Shown one piece after another: positions 47,322 to 58,405 of a stretch of 64,000 nt of DNA. The DNA is from Salinibacter ruber DSM 13855. GTDB lineage: Bacteria > Bacteroidota > Rhodothermia > Rhodothermales > Salinibacteraceae. The DNA is taken from positions 3,096,203-3,160,202 of the forward strand of contig NC_007677.1 in the NCBI RefSeq assembly GCF_000013045.1, given 5' to 3'. A model generated the notes under the pieces. It was not told where the DNA came from. It did not search any database and saw only the letters and a program-made list of their open reading frames with translations. The position numbers and the translations under genes were made by a program. Position 1 is the stretch's first letter. Every line of letters begins with the position of its first letter.

Positions 47322-49289
47322 ATGGACTCGTACGCCCCTCCGGCCAACGCCTCCGAACAGGCCACCCGGCCCGACACGCAACACGAACGGGTCGAGACCC
47401 TCATCTTCGACGATCCGGCCGAGATGGCCCATCGCGTGGCCCGGCGCATCGCCACCCTAATTGAGGAACGGCAGGCCGTCGACCAGCAGGCGGTTCTTGG
47501 CCTGCCGACCGGGTCCACCCCCATCGGCGTGTACCAGGAGCTCATCCGCATGCACCGGGAGGACGGGCTCGACTTCTCGAACGTGGTGACGTTCAACCTC
47601 GACGAGTACTACCCCATGGACCCGAGCAGCCTGCAGAGCTACCACCGGTTCATGGACGAGAACTTCTTCAACCACGTCAACATCCCGGCAGACCAGATTC
47701 ACATTCCCCGCGGCGACATTCCGCCGGACGCCGTGGAGCGCCACTGCGTGGAGTACGAGCACGAGATCGAAAAGGCCGGCGGAATCGACCTTATGCTGCT
47801 CGGCATCGGGCGCTCCGGCCACGTGGGCTTCAACGAGCCGGGCTCCGGGCGGCAGACGCGCACCCGCCAGGTGATCCTCGACGAGATCACGCGCAAGGAC
47901 GCCGCGAGCGACTTCTTTGGGGAGGCCAACGTGCCCCAGGAGGCGATCACGATGGGCGTGGGCACCATCCTCGACTGCGACGAGATTGTGCTCATGGCCA
48001 CGGGGGAGCACAAGGCCCCCATCGTGAAGCGGGCGGTGGAGAAGCCCCCCTCCCGCGAGGTGACGGCCAGCTACCTGCAGGACCACCCCAACGCGACCTT
48101 CTATCTCGACCGGGCGGCCGCGGGCGAACTCACGCGGGAGAAGATGCCGTGGCGCGTCCGCGAGGTCGACTGGACCGACCAGAAGGCCAAGCGCGCCGTC
48201 ATTTGGCTGTCCGAGACGCTCGACACCCCGATCCCCCGCCTCGAGGCGTCTGACTACTACCAGAACCAGCTCCACAGCCTGGTTCACCGCTACGACGACG
48301 TCGACGATCTGGCCCGGGAGGTCTTCGAGGACCTGCGCCAGCGCATCACCTACCGCGAAAACCTGCTCTCCGACGAGCGCGTCCTCATCTTCAGCCCGCA
48401 CCCGGACGACGACGTCATCTCGATGGGGGGCATGTTCGACAAGCTCGTGTCCAACGGCAACGACATCACCGTCTCGTACATGACGAATGGGTCGGTGGCC
48501 GTCTTCGACGCCGACGTGCGCCGCTACCTCCGCTTTATCGGCCTCAGCAGCGACGCGCTCAACATGAGCCCCGAGGACCTGTCGGGCTTCCGCAACCGGC
48601 GCGAGGAGATCGAAACCTTTTTTGCCGAGAAGGACCCGGCGGAGGTGGACCCGTCGGCGGTGCAAACCCTCAAGGCCCACATCCGGTACGGCGAGGCGAT
48701 CGCGGCGATCGAGGTCATGGGCCTGGACGCCGACCACGCCGAGTTCCTAGACATGCCCTTCTACAAGACGGGGCGCGTCCGCAAGGATCCGATTACGGAG
48801 GACGACGTGGACGTGGTGCACGACCTGCTCACGGAGGTCGAGCCCACCCACATTTTCGTGGCCGGCGACCTCTCGGACCCCCACGGCACGCACCGAATGT
48901 GCTACAAGGCCATCAAGGAGGCCCTCCGCCAGTACAACGACGAGGCCACCGTGCCGGCGGGCGCCAATGGCGAGGCCCCCACGGCGAACGAGACCCCCCG
49001 TCCTCAGCCCCTCGTGTGGCTCTACCGTGGGGCCTGGCAGGAGTGGCCGCTCCACGAGGCCGACGTGTTCGTGCCGCTCTCCAAGGCGGATCTCGACCGC
49101 AAGGTCGAAGCCATCTTCAAGCACGAGAGCCAGAAGGACCGGGCGATGTTTCCGGGCGCCTACGACGACCGCGAATTTTGGGAACGGGCCCGCGACCGCA
49201 ACCGCGACACCGCCGACGCCCTGAACGGCCTCGGGCTCCCGGAATTCTACGCCGCCGAGGCGTTCGTGACGACCTACGACATGCCCTGA
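47322..49289 (+). CDS. nagB: Long-form glucosamine-6-phosphate deaminase (NagB-II): NagB domain fused to LmbE/PIG-L-like domain
   Basis: N-terminal NagB motifs ([29 protein letters not shown]). C-terminal PIG-L signature ([18 protein letters not shown]...H..D). 655 aa. ATG at 47322. Confidence 0.8.
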   Translation: MDSYAPPANASEQATRPDTQHERVETLIFDDPAEMAHRVARRIATLIEERQAVDQQAVLGLPTGSTPIGVYQELIRMHREDGLDFSNVVTFNLDEYYPMDPSSLQSYHRFMDENFFNHVNIPADQIHIPRGDIPPDAVERHCVEYEHEIEKAGGIDLMLLGIGRSGHVGFNEPGSGRQTRTRQVILDEITRKDAASDFFGEANVPQEAITMGVGTILDCDEIVLMATGEHKAPIVKRAVEKPPSREVTASYLQDHPNATFYLDRAAAGELTREKMPWRVREVDWTDQKAKRAVIWLSETLDTPIPRLEASDYYQNQLHSLVHRYDDVDDLAREVFEDLRQRITYRENLLSDERVLIFSPHPDDDVISMGGMFDKLVSNGNDITVSYMTNGSVAVFDADVRRYLRFIGLSSDALNMSPEDLSGFRNRREEIETFFAEKDPAEVDPSAVQTLKAHIRYGEAIAAIEVMGLDADHAEFLDMPFYKTGRVRKDPITEDDVDVVHDLLTEVEPTHIFVAGDLSDPHGTHRMCYKAIKEALRQYNDEATVPAGANGEAPTANETPRPQPLVWLYRGAWQEWPLHEADVFVPLSKADLDRKVEAIFKHESQKDRAMFPGAYDDREFWERARDRNRDTADALNGLGLPEFYAAEAFVTTYDMP

Positions 49290-49399
49290 TATGCCCCGCG
49301 TCCCTGCCGCCCCGCCCCGAAGCAAACAAGCACGACTCGGCCGTCGCCCCGACGCGGCGTAGCCGCCCCCGGTGCTCCCTCGATCAGAATTGCGTCCCC

Positions 49400-50368
49400 A
49401 TGCCTGCTTCGAGCCGACGCGCGTTCCTGAAAACCTCCGCCGCCCTGGCCCTCGGCACCGCCCTTCCCGCGGGCGGGCCGGCCTCCGCCCGCGCCCCCGA
49501 CACGGCCCGAAGCGGAAGGGCTGCCGCGGGGAGCGGGCCTCTCTACCGGATCTCCCTTGCGCAGTGGTCCCTCCACCGGGCCCTCTTCGACGGCGACCTC
49601 GACCCGCTCGACTTCGCCCGCACGGCCCGTGAGGCGTTCGACATCGGGGCGGTCGAGTACGTCAACCAGTTCTTTATGGACCGGGCGACGGACGCACAGT
49701 ACCTGCAGACAATGAAGACGCGCGCCGAAGACGCGGGCGTGCAGGGCCTGCTCATCATGTGCGACGGGGAGGGCGCCCTCGGACACCCGGACGCCGCGGA
49801 GCGAACGACCGCCGTCGAAAACCACCACAAGTGGGTCGAGGCCGCCGCCATGCTCGGGTGCCACTCGATTCGCGTAAACGCAGAGACGATGGGCGAGGGG
49901 GCGCCCGCCGAGCAGCAAAAGCGGGCGGCAGACGGGCTCCGTCGCCTCACCGAGTTTGCCGCCGAGCGGGACATCAACGTGCTCGTCGAGAACCACGGCG
50001 GCCTCTCGTCCGACGGCGAGTGGCTCGCCGGCGTGATGAACGAGGTCGACCACGAGCGCTGCGGCACGCTCCCGGACTTCGGCAACTGGCAGATCCGCGA
50101 GGGAACGTCGTACGACCCGTACGAGGGCGTCCGCGACCTCATGCCCCACGCACAGGCCATCAGCGCGAAGGCGTACGGCTTCGATGACCGGGGACGGGAG
50201 GCAACCCTCGACTACACAAAGCTAATGAGCATCGTGCTCGACGCGGGGTATCGGGGCCACGTGGGCATCGAGTACGAGGGCGACGGGCTGAGCGAGCGGG
50301 CGGGCATTCGGGCAACGAAACAGCTTCTGATGGACGTGCGCGGCCAGCTCGAAAGTGAATATACCTGA
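49400..50368 (+). CDS. Xylose-isomerase-like TIM-barrel protein (sugar phosphate isomerase/epimerase family), Tat-exported
   Basis: Twin-arginine signal [25 protein letters not shown]-endonuclease-2/xylose-isomerase-like barrel motifs ([25 protein letters not shown]). Confidence 0.75.
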   Translation: MPASSRRAFLKTSAALALGTALPAGGPASARAPDTARSGRAAAGSGPLYRISLAQWSLHRALFDGDLDPLDFARTAREAFDIGAVEYVNQFFMDRATDAQYLQTMKTRAEDAGVQGLLIMCDGEGALGHPDAAERTTAVENHHKWVEAAAMLGCHSIRVNAETMGEGAPAEQQKRAADGLRRLTEFAAERDINVLVENHGGLSSDGEWLAGVMNEVDHERCGTLPDFGNWQIREGTSYDPYEGVRDLMPHAQAISAKAYGFDDRGREATLDYTKLMSIVLDAGYRGHVGIEYEGDGLSERAGIRATKQLLMDVRGQLESEYT

Positions 50369-50754
50369 ACAGCCAAGCAAGGAGCGAGCGGACCGCCTGC
50401 GGGGCCTTCAAATCCGGGCCCATCTCGCGCCGGCCGCCCGCAAGACACGCGCCCCCCTGTGCGACGATACGCTTGGCGTTTGAGATTGACGGGATGACGT
50501 ACGACTTCTGACCGGGCGATGCATGGCCGGGCGTCGGTGCCCGTCGTCTCGGGGGCGCACTCCGCTTCGCTGCGCGCGGATCCCTCCGCACTGATTTCTC
50601 GCTCCCTCTGTCTCGTCACCTCCCACAGTCTCGCCACCTCCCACGAAGACGCCGGTTGCCGAAGCAACGCTGCGGGACGTCGGGCAGGGCGGGACGCTTC
50701 CCCCTTCTTCCTCCCCTCTCGAGGACACTCGCTTCACTCACCTCCCTTTCCCTC

Positions 50755-51930
50755 ATGGCCCTCAATCGCACGATTCGCTACGGCATGGTGGGGGGCGGGC
50801 CCGGGGCCTTCATCGGCGCCGTGCACCGCTCCGCCGCCGCCCTCGACGGCGAGATGAATCTCGTCGCCGGGGCCTTCTCCTCCTCGCCCGAAAAATCCAG
50901 GGAGCAGGGCGACAACCTGCACCTCGACCCCGATCGGGTCTACGACACCTACGAGGAGATGGCCGACGCGGAGGCCGAGCGGCCCGACGGCATCGACGTC
51001 GTCTCCATCGTCACGCCCAACTTCCTGCACCACGACGTGGCCCGCACCTTCATCGACCGGGGCTTCCACGTCATCTGCGACAAGCCGATGACCACCACCC
51101 TCGAGGACGCCGAGGACCTGTGTCGGCGCGTCGACGAGCAGGACGTGGTGTTCTGCCTTACCCACAACTACGCCGGCTACCCGCTGGTGAAGCAGGCCCG
51201 GGCGCTCGTAGAACAGGGCCGCCTCGGCGCCCTGCGCAAGATCGTAGTGGAGTACCCGCAGGGCTGGCTGAACCGGCGGCTCGAGGCGGAGGGCAACAAG
51301 CAGGCCTCGTGGCGCACCGACCCGGACAAGGCCGGCGCCGGCGCGCTGGGCGACATCGGGACCCACGCCGAGCACCTGGCCCGGTACGTGACCGGCCTGT
51401 CGCTGGAGCGCATGTGTGCCGACGTGGGAACGGTCGTGGAGGGACGCCCGGTGGACGACGACGCCAGCATCCTGGCCCGCTACGAAGGGGGCGTGCGCGG
51501 CCTCATTCACGTCTCGCAGATCTCGGCCGGGGAGGAAAACAACCTCCGCCTGCGCGTCTACGGGACGGAGGCCGGGCTCGACTGGCGCCAGGAGGACCCG
51601 CATCGGCTGACCCTCCTCACCGACATCAACGGCGAGGCCCCGCAACAAATCTATAGCCACGGCCGCGCCTCCCTCGCCGATTCGGTGCAGCCGTTCGTCC
51701 GCACCCCGCAGGGCCACCCCGAGGGCTTCATCGAGGCCTTCGCCAACCTCTACCGGAGCGCGGCCCACGCCATCGCGGCCCACGAGGCCGGCGTGGAACC
51801 CGAGCCGTGGGCCCGAGACTTCCCGACGGTGCAGGATGGGGCCGCCGGCGTCCACTTCATCGAAACCGCCCTCGAAAGCAGCGAGCAGGAGGCCTGGGTC
51901 GACGCCAGCTACACGCCCCCGCGCACATAA
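50755..51930 (+). CDS. Gfo/Idh/MocA-family NAD(P)-dependent oxidoreductase
   Basis: Rossmann start IRYGMVGGGPGAFIGAVH and the EKP motif (VICDKPMT). No signal peptide, so probably cytoplasmic. Confidence 0.85.
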   Translation: MALNRTIRYGMVGGGPGAFIGAVHRSAAALDGEMNLVAGAFSSSPEKSREQGDNLHLDPDRVYDTYEEMADAEAERPDGIDVVSIVTPNFLHHDVARTFIDRGFHVICDKPMTTTLEDAEDLCRRVDEQDVVFCLTHNYAGYPLVKQARALVEQGRLGALRKIVVEYPQGWLNRRLEAEGNKQASWRTDPDKAGAGALGDIGTHAEHLARYVTGLSLERMCADVGTVVEGRPVDDDASILARYEGGVRGLIHVSQISAGEENNLRLRVYGTEAGLDWRQEDPHRLTLLTDINGEAPQQIYSHGRASLADSVQPFVRTPQGHPEGFIEAFANLYRSAAHAIAAHEAGVEPEPWARDFPTVQDGAAGVHFIETALESSEQEAWVDASYTPPRT

Positions 51931-52037
51931 TTCCTCATATTTCGCTTCGCATTTCCCTCCGGCCGTCGACCGGCCGGGTCGGATCGAAGCCCGAACGCAT
52001 ACACGGTTTTCGTTTCACGACCCTTGTACTGCCCACC

Positions 52038-52811
52038 ATGACTGTACTGCCCCCCATGACCGGACGCACGATGCGCGCAGCCACGATCCTTATCGCACTC
52101 TCGTCCGCCCTCCTTCTAACCGCCCCCGCGAGCGCCCAGGAGATGGACGCCCCCAATACACTGACGCCGGCGGAGCGGGCCGACGGCTGGACGCTGCTGT
52201 TCGACGGGGAGACGGCCGCAGGATGGCGCGGCTACAACGACGAGGACTTCCCCGACACCGGCTGGACAATCGAGGACGGGGTCCTCACCATCGAGGGCGC
52301 CGGCGGGGGCGTGAGCGGATCGGGGGGCGACATCATCACGACCGAGACGTACGGGGACTTCGTCCTCAAGCTGGAGTGGAAGATCTCCGAGGGCGGCAAC
52401 AGCGGCATCTTTTACCGCGCCATCGAGCAGCCGGACCAGCCCATCTACTGGTCGGCCCCGGAGATGCAGATCCTGGACAACGCCAATCACCCGGACGCAG
52501 GCCGGGGCGAAAACGGCAACCGAAAGGCCGGATCGCTCTACGACCTGATCCCGGCCGATCCCCAGACGTTCTCCGGCCACGGGGAGTGGCAGGACGTCAT
52601 GATCGTCGTCGAGGGCGGCCACGTTGAGCACTGGCTCAACGGCCAGAAGGTGCTGGAGTACGAGACGTGGACCCCCGGCTGGTACCGGATGATTCGCGAC
52701 AGCAAGTTTCGGACCCACCCGGAGTTCGGAGACGCGCGGGAGGGACACATTGGCCTTCAGGACCACGGAACGACGGCCCACTTCCGCAACATCAAGATCA
52801 AGGAGCTCTAG
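52038..52811 (+). CDS. DUF1080-family protein (3-keto-disaccharide hydrolase-like), secreted
   Basis: Signal peptide ([24 protein letters not shown]) and DUF1080 blocks ([45 protein letters not shown]). Start is ambiguous among ATGs at 52038, 52056 and 52071. Confidence 0.8.
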   Translation: MTVLPPMTGRTMRAATILIALSSALLLTAPASAQEMDAPNTLTPAERADGWTLLFDGETAAGWRGYNDEDFPDTGWTIEDGVLTIEGAGGGVSGSGGDIITTETYGDFVLKLEWKISEGGNSGIFYRAIEQPDQPIYWSAPEMQILDNANHPDAGRGENGNRKAGSLYDLIPADPQTFSGHGEWQDVMIVVEGGHVEHWLNGQKVLEYETWTPGWYRMIRDSKFRTHPEFGDAREGHIGLQDHGTTAHFRNIKIKEL

Positions 52812-52887
52812 CGCCCCCTGTCCGGGAGCCCCCCTGCCACGACGACCGTTCCGCCACAACCACCGATACAGTAAAAACGCCGACACG

Positions 52888-54299
52888 ATGGACCGACGCA
52901 CGTTTTTGAAAGGATCGGCCCTGACCGCCGCGGGCCTCAGTGTGGTGCCCCGCTCCGTTTTGGGCGGCGCCGGCCACCAGCCCCCGAGCGACACCCTCAA
53001 CATCGCGGGCATCGGCGTCGGGGGACGGGGCACCAGTAACATGAACGCGATGACGAGCGAGAACATCGTCGCCATCTGCGACATCGACTTCGACCACGTC
53101 GACCAGTCGCTGCGCGACGGCGACGGCAACGTGGCGGACGGGCTCGGGGCCCTGCACGAGGCGTACGAGCAGGCCGAGCGCTACGCCGACTACCGCCGCA
53201 TGTTCGACGACCTGGAAGACGAAATCGACGGGGTCGTCATCTCGACCCCGGACCACCTCCACGCCGTCGCCGCGCAGGAGGCGATGAAGCGCGGACTGCA
53301 CGTCTACGTCGAGAAGCCGCTGACCCGAACCGTCCGGGAGGCACGGACGCTGATGGAAACGGCCGACGCGATGGACGTCGTAACCCAAATGGGCAATCAG
53401 GGGCACACCCATCCGGACGGGCGTCGCGCGATTGAGTGGGTGTGGGACGGGGCCATCGGCACGGTGCACGAGATTCACGCCTGGACCGACCGCCCGGCCA
53501 GCTGGTGGCCGCAGGGCGTCTCTCGTCCAGAAGGCTCGATGCCCATCCCCGATGCGGTCAACTGGGACCTCTTCCTGGGCCCAGCCCCGGAGGTGCCCTA
53601 CCACGAGGCCTACCATCCGTTCGACTGGCGGGATGGGTCGACTACGGCACCGGCGCGCTCGGCGACATGGGGGCGCACCTCATCGACCACGCGATGTGGG
53701 CGCTCGACCTGGGGGCCCCGACGGAGGTGTGGGGCTCGTCGAACGCCTTCGGCCGGGACGGCGACGAGCGGGTCTCCTGGCCCACCGCCGAGACGGTCCA
53801 CTACACGTTTGGACGGGGCGGCCGGGATCCGGTCCGTCTGACCTGGTACGACGGCGGCCTGCTGCCGCCTCGCCCGCAGGCCCTCCCGAACGACGTGCCA
53901 CTGGTGCGGGACCTCGGCGCGAACGAGGACGGGCCGCCGCCGTCCTGGGGCGGCGCAATCTGGGTCGGGGACGAGGGCATTCTGATGCACGACACCTACG
54001 GCCGCAACCCGCGCCTCTACCCCAAGGAACTGGAGGCCCAGCACAGCGATGCCCCTCGGCAGCTGCCCCGGGTCGGCACGAGCCATCAGATGAACTGGGT
54101 GGAGGCCTGCAAAGGGCGGGCCGAGGCGACGTGTCCCTTCGACTACGCGGCCCCGCTGACGGAAACGCTCCTTCTGGGGGTGGTGGCCCTCCAGGCCGGC
54201 GCCCCGGTGCGGTACGACCCGCGCTCGATGGCCATCCCCAACGCGCCGGCGGCGGAGCAGTACCTGCGCCGGAACTACCGCGGGGAGTGGTCGCTGTAG
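52888..54299 (+). pseudogene. Gfo/Idh/MocA-family oxidoreductase with Tat signal, interrupted by a frameshift near 53629
   Basis: Tat signal [21 protein letters not shown] and Rossmann fold in the 52888..53841 frame; the conserved continuation ...FDWR|[20 protein letters not shown]... is in the 53436..54299 frame. The switch maps to the G-run in tggcgggatgggtcgac, consistent with one missing G. This may be a sequencing error rather than a true pseudogene. Confidence 0.7.
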
Positions 54300-54345
54300 C
54301 GCCCCGGCGTCCCCGTCGTCCTTCCTCGCTCATGCCCTTGTCCCG

Positions 54346-55350
54346 ATGTCCTACCGCCCCGTCACCCTCTTCACCGGACAGTGGGCCGACATGCCCCTCA
54401 CCCCCCTCGCCGAAAAGGCCGCGGGCTGGGGCTACGACGGCCTGGAACTGGCCTGTGCGGGCGACCACTTCGATCCCGCACGGGCCGCAAACGAAGACGG
54501 CTACGTCCGCAACAAGCGCGACCGACTAGCGGCGCACGACCTGGACGTCTGGGCCCTCAGTCAGCACCTGGTGGGCCAGGCCGTGAGCGACCGCATCGAC
54601 GAGCGCCACGAGGACGTGCTGCCGGAGCGCGTGTGGGGCGACGGCGACCCCGACGGCGTGACGCGGCGCGCCATCGAGGAGCTGAAGCGCACCGCCGCGG
54701 CGGCGAGTGCGCTCGGGGTGGACGTGGTGACCGGCTTCACCGGCTCCCCCGTCTGGCACCTGCTGTACGCCTTTCCGCCCACCCCGCAGTCGATGATCGA
54801 CGAGGGGTACGAGGCCTTCGCCGATCAGTGGACGCCCATCCTCGACGCCTTCGCGGACGCGGGCGTGCAGTTCGCCCTGGAGGTGCACCCCACCGAAATT
54901 GCGTTCGACCTCAGCACGGCCCGGCGCACGCTCGACGCCCTCGACGGCCACTCGGCGTTCGGCTTCAACTACGACCCCAGCCACTTTGGCTACCAGGGCG
55001 CCGACTACCTCGCCTTTCTGGACCGGTGTGCCGACCGCATCGACCACGTCCATATGAAAGACGTCTGGTGGGCCGACGACCGGCAGCCCGCCGGCGTGTT
55101 CGGCGGGCACCTCCCGTTCGGGCACGAGGACCGGTACTGGGACTTCCGCTCCATTGGCCGCGGCAAGATCGACTTTGAGGCGATCATTCGTCGCCTCAAC
55201 CGAATCGGCTACACCGGGCCCCTCTCCATCGAGTGGGAGGACAGTGGCATGGAGCGGGAGCACGGGGCCGCGGAGGCCCTCGGGCGGGTCCGCGCCGTCG
55301 ACTTCCCGCCCGCCGACGCCGGATTCGAGGAGGCGTTCGGGGAGGGATAG
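54346..55350 (+). CDS. Xylose-isomerase-like TIM-barrel protein (sugar phosphate isomerase/epimerase family), cytoplasmic
   Basis: TIM-barrel motifs ([33 protein letters not shown]) with no signal peptide. Confidence 0.8.
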   Translation: MSYRPVTLFTGQWADMPLTPLAEKAAGWGYDGLELACAGDHFDPARAANEDGYVRNKRDRLAAHDLDVWALSQHLVGQAVSDRIDERHEDVLPERVWGDGDPDGVTRRAIEELKRTAAAASALGVDVVTGFTGSPVWHLLYAFPPTPQSMIDEGYEAFADQWTPILDAFADAGVQFALEVHPTEIAFDLSTARRTLDALDGHSAFGFNYDPSHFGYQGADYLAFLDRCADRIDHVHMKDVWWADDRQPAGVFGGHLPFGHEDRYWDFRSIGRGKIDFEAIIRRLNRIGYTGPLSIEWEDSGMEREHGAAEALGRVRAVDFPPADAGFEEAFGEG

Positions 55351-55384
55351 TCCCCGCCTGCCCCCACGCAGCGGCCACGTCGCG

Positions 55385-55696
55385 CTACCGCCCGTCCTCC
55401 TCGCGCAGGCGGCGGGACACGAGCATGCAGAGGGCCCCCAGCGTGGGGTCGTCGAGCGCGTAGTAGACGTGCACGCCGTCGCGCCGCCGCGCCAGCAGCC
55501 CCTCCTCCGCCATCAGGCTCAGGTGCTTGCTGACGTTGGACTGCCGGATGCCGGTCGCCTCCACCAGTTCGCCGACCGTCTGCTCCCCCGTTGCGTGCAG
55601 TGCGCTGAGCAGCCGGAGCCGTGCCGGTGCGCCGAGCACGTCGAACCGGCGCGCCACGGGCTTAATGTCGTCGGGCGGAAGCAGGGGACGATCCAT
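55385..55696 (-). CDS. ArsR/SmtB-family transcriptional regulator
   Basis: Winged HTH (ARLRLLSALHATGEQTVGELVEATGIRQSNVSKHLSLMAEEGLLARRRDGVHVYYAL). Confidence 0.85.
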   Translation of the reverse strand: MDRPLLPPDDIKPVARRFDVLGAPARLRLLSALHATGEQTVGELVEATGIRQSNVSKHLSLMAEEGLLARRRDGVHVYYALDDPTLGALCMLVSRRLREEDGR

Positions 55697-55740
55697 GAGC
55701 TGGGTGCGAAAACAAAACGGACGCGCTTCGGGAAACGGGG

Positions 55741-58254
55741 CTAAAAGGTGAGGTGGAGGCGTGCGTTCAGGGTCCGCGGGGTCAGGCGCTTGGGCACGCG
55801 CTCATAGCCCTGCGTCCAGCTGTAGTCGACGGTGTTGTCCATGTCGAAGAGGTTGAGCACTTCGAGCGTGAGCTCCAGGTGGACGGGCCCGCCGATTCCG
55901 TTTTGGACCAGCTCGATGCGCTTGGTCGCCCCCACGTCCACGCGCCGGTAGGCCGGGAGCCGTCCGCTCATCCGGTCGCCCGGAATGCGGGTCTCGGCCC
56001 CGCCCGGGGTTTTCGGCCCTGGACTGGTGGGGGTGTACGGCAGCCCACTGCCGTAGAGCAGGCGCATGTGCACCTTCCAGGACTTGTCCCCCGGCACGTA
56101 GTCCTGCACAAACGCCGAAAAGGTGTGGCGCTGATCGGCGGGGCGGGGCAGGAGGCCCGTTCGGTTTTCCCGAAACTCGTCGGAGAACCCCGTCGGCGCC
56201 TGGGCCGCGTACCGCTCCAGCGCCGCGTCCGTGAACCGCTCGCGGGAGACCAGGTAGCTGTAGTTGAACCAACTCTCCAGGCCCGGGACGAGTTCGCCCC
56301 GAAGCTGAAAGTCCACCCCGTAAGTGTACCCGTAGGTGTCGTTCTCGCCGGAATAGTTCACCCGCACGTCCTCGATGGTGTAGGAAATCAGGTCGTCGAG
56401 GTCTTTGTAGTACGCCTCGGCCCGCAGGTACAGCCGCCGATCGGGAAAGAAGTACTCCCCGCCGAATACGTACTGCACCGACCGTTGCGACCGGATGTCT
56501 CGGTTTTGGTCCAGCGTGCCCCGGATCGACGCGGTGTCCGTCGGGGTGCCCCGAAGCTCCCGGTAGGTCGGCTTCTGGTGATAGATGCCCCAGGCCCCCG
56601 TGAGGGTGAGACGGTCGGTGGCCACGAAGCGGCCCGACAGGCGAGGGGAGACCGTCCACTCGTCGTTAAACGAGAAGTAGTCGGCCCGCACCCCGCCCGT
56701 GATGGTGAGGCGGCCGTCGGTGGGGAGCACATCCACGGCGTCCTGGAGGTGGGCCCCAAACTGGTACTCGTCGAATGTCGCGCTGTCGTCGAGCCGGTCG
56801 ACCAGCGTAGAGTCTTGGCCGTCTTCCACCCGACCGTCGATCGTGGTCCGCTCATTGAGGTTGTCGTCGAAGTGGAGGCCGCGCAGGTGCCAGCCGCCCT
56901 TCAGCGTCTGTCGGTCGAGGTCCCATTCGTAGCGCCCCCGTCCGGTCCGACGCCGCACCTCCACGGAGTTATCGGCAAACCGGGTCACCGTAGACTCCCC
57001 CTGGAGCACGCTGGTGCAGTTTGACGGGTTGTCTCCGCCCGTGGGGTTGACCTGGCACACCCGTCGGTCGCTCTGGATGTCGAAGCTCTCGGTCTCCCGC
57101 GTTCCGAAATAGGCAAAATCGTGCGCCAGCTTAAGCCGGTCGGAGAGGTCCGTGTGGAGCCGCACGCCCCCAAACGTGGTGGTGTATCCGTCCGTGCGGG
57201 CCCCGTTTAGGCTGGCCCGGAGCGCCTTGAAGTCGGAGGGCCGCTCCGGATCGAGGCTGATGACCCCGAAGTAGGTGGTCCGTTCCTCCGGCTCCAGGTC
57301 GAAGGTATTGTCGGCCCAGATGCCGAGGGCCTCTACCGAGACGCGATCGGAGAACCGGTAGGACACCGTGCCCTGCAGGTCGGTGAAGCGGGGGCTGTAG
57401 TCGCCCTTCAGGTCCTGCGTTCCAAAAAACCGGCCGGGCTGCGCCCGCCGCATCCCGAACCCCCACCCGAGATCGCCCCCGAGGGCCGACGACTGAAGGT
57501 GCGCGCTGGCGTCGAGCGTGGAGAGGTCGACCGACCCGCTCAGGGGGTCACTCTCGGGGCGGACGTACTGCACGTCAAGCGCGGAGGAGAGCTTGCCCCC
57601 GTACTCGGGCGGAAAGCCGCCCGTGTAGAACGTGATGTCCGAGGCCAGGGCCGGGTTCAACAGGCCCATCCCCTCCTGCTCCCCCTGCCGGGGCCGGAAG
57701 GGGAAGAAAATCTCAAAGCCGTTGATGAAGACGAGGTTCTCGTTGTACCCCCCGCCGCGCACCGAATACTGCTGGGTCAGCTCGTTGTTGGTCGCCACTC
57801 CCGGCGTGGTCTTGAGGGCCCGGAAGCCGTCTTTGAAGGGCGTGGGCATGTTCTGCACGTCGGCCGGGTCGACCTTGTAGACACCGGGCCGGTTGGGGAC
57901 GGCCCCGTCCGTCACCGTTAGCTCGTCCATCTTCAAGACGGTGGAGGCCAGGGTTGCGTCGAGCTGCGTCGTCCCCTCCGCCACCGTGACCGAGTCGACG
58001 CGCGTCGCAAAGCCAACCGCCGAGAACCGGAGCGTGTAGCGGCCCGTGGGAAGCTCCAGGCGGTAGCGGCCGTCGGCACTGGTGGCCGTGCCGAAGTCGG
58101 TGCCCTCCACCAGGACCGTTACGCCCGGCAGGGGCGCTCCTTGCACCGAGTCCGTAACGGTGCCCGTGACGGTGCCCCAGGTCTGGGCGTGAGCAGGCGC
58201 GGCCCCCAAGGGCCAACAACAGGCCGCAAGAATCAAAACGCGGTACAGGCGCAT
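55741..58254 (-). CDS. TonB-dependent outer-membrane receptor with N-terminal carboxypeptidase-regulatory-like domain
   Basis: Signal peptide, CarbopepD_reg-like domain (GTVTDSVQGAPLPGVTVLVEGT...GRYRLELPTGRYTLRFSAVGF), a plug region and a beta-barrel ending in a C-terminal Phe (ARLHLTF). Confidence 0.85.
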   Translation of the reverse strand: MRLYRVLILAACCWPLGAAPAHAQTWGTVTGTVTDSVQGAPLPGVTVLVEGTDFGTATSADGRYRLELPTGRYTLRFSAVGFATRVDSVTVAEGTTQLDATLASTVLKMDELTVTDGAVPNRPGVYKVDPADVQNMPTPFKDGFRALKTTPGVATNNELTQQYSVRGGGYNENLVFINGFEIFFPFRPRQGEQEGMGLLNPALASDITFYTGGFPPEYGGKLSSALDVQYVRPESDPLSGSVDLSTLDASAHLQSSALGGDLGWGFGMRRAQPGRFFGTQDLKGDYSPRFTDLQGTVSYRFSDRVSVEALGIWADNTFDLEPEERTTYFGVISLDPERPSDFKALRASLNGARTDGYTTTFGGVRLHTDLSDRLKLAHDFAYFGTRETESFDIQSDRRVCQVNPTGGDNPSNCTSVLQGESTVTRFADNSVEVRRRTGRGRYEWDLDRQTLKGGWHLRGLHFDDNLNERTTIDGRVEDGQDSTLVDRLDDSATFDEYQFGAHLQDAVDVLPTDGRLTITGGVRADYFSFNDEWTVSPRLSGRFVATDRLTLTGAWGIYHQKPTYRELRGTPTDTASIRGTLDQNRDIRSQRSVQYVFGGEYFFPDRRLYLRAEAYYKDLDDLISYTIEDVRVNYSGENDTYGYTYGVDFQLRGELVPGLESWFNYSYLVSRERFTDAALERYAAQAPTGFSDEFRENRTGLLPRPADQRHTFSAFVQDYVPGDKSWKVHMRLLYGSGLPYTPTSPGPKTPGGAETRIPGDRMSGRLPAYRRVDVGATKRIELVQNGIGGPVHLELTLEVLNLFDMDNTVDYSWTQGYERVPKRLTPRTLNARLHLTF

Positions 58255-58405
58255 GGGCGAGAGTGCGGTCGGTGAGCCAGGGCGTGCCGTATCGGTCCGT
58301 CAGAGGGTGCAGGAAAACGATGATACGAAACAGCGAGGGGGCCGGTGGGCGCATTTGTTAAGAAACGAAACAATGCGGTGTGATCCAACTCCCGCGCTTC
58401 GCCGC

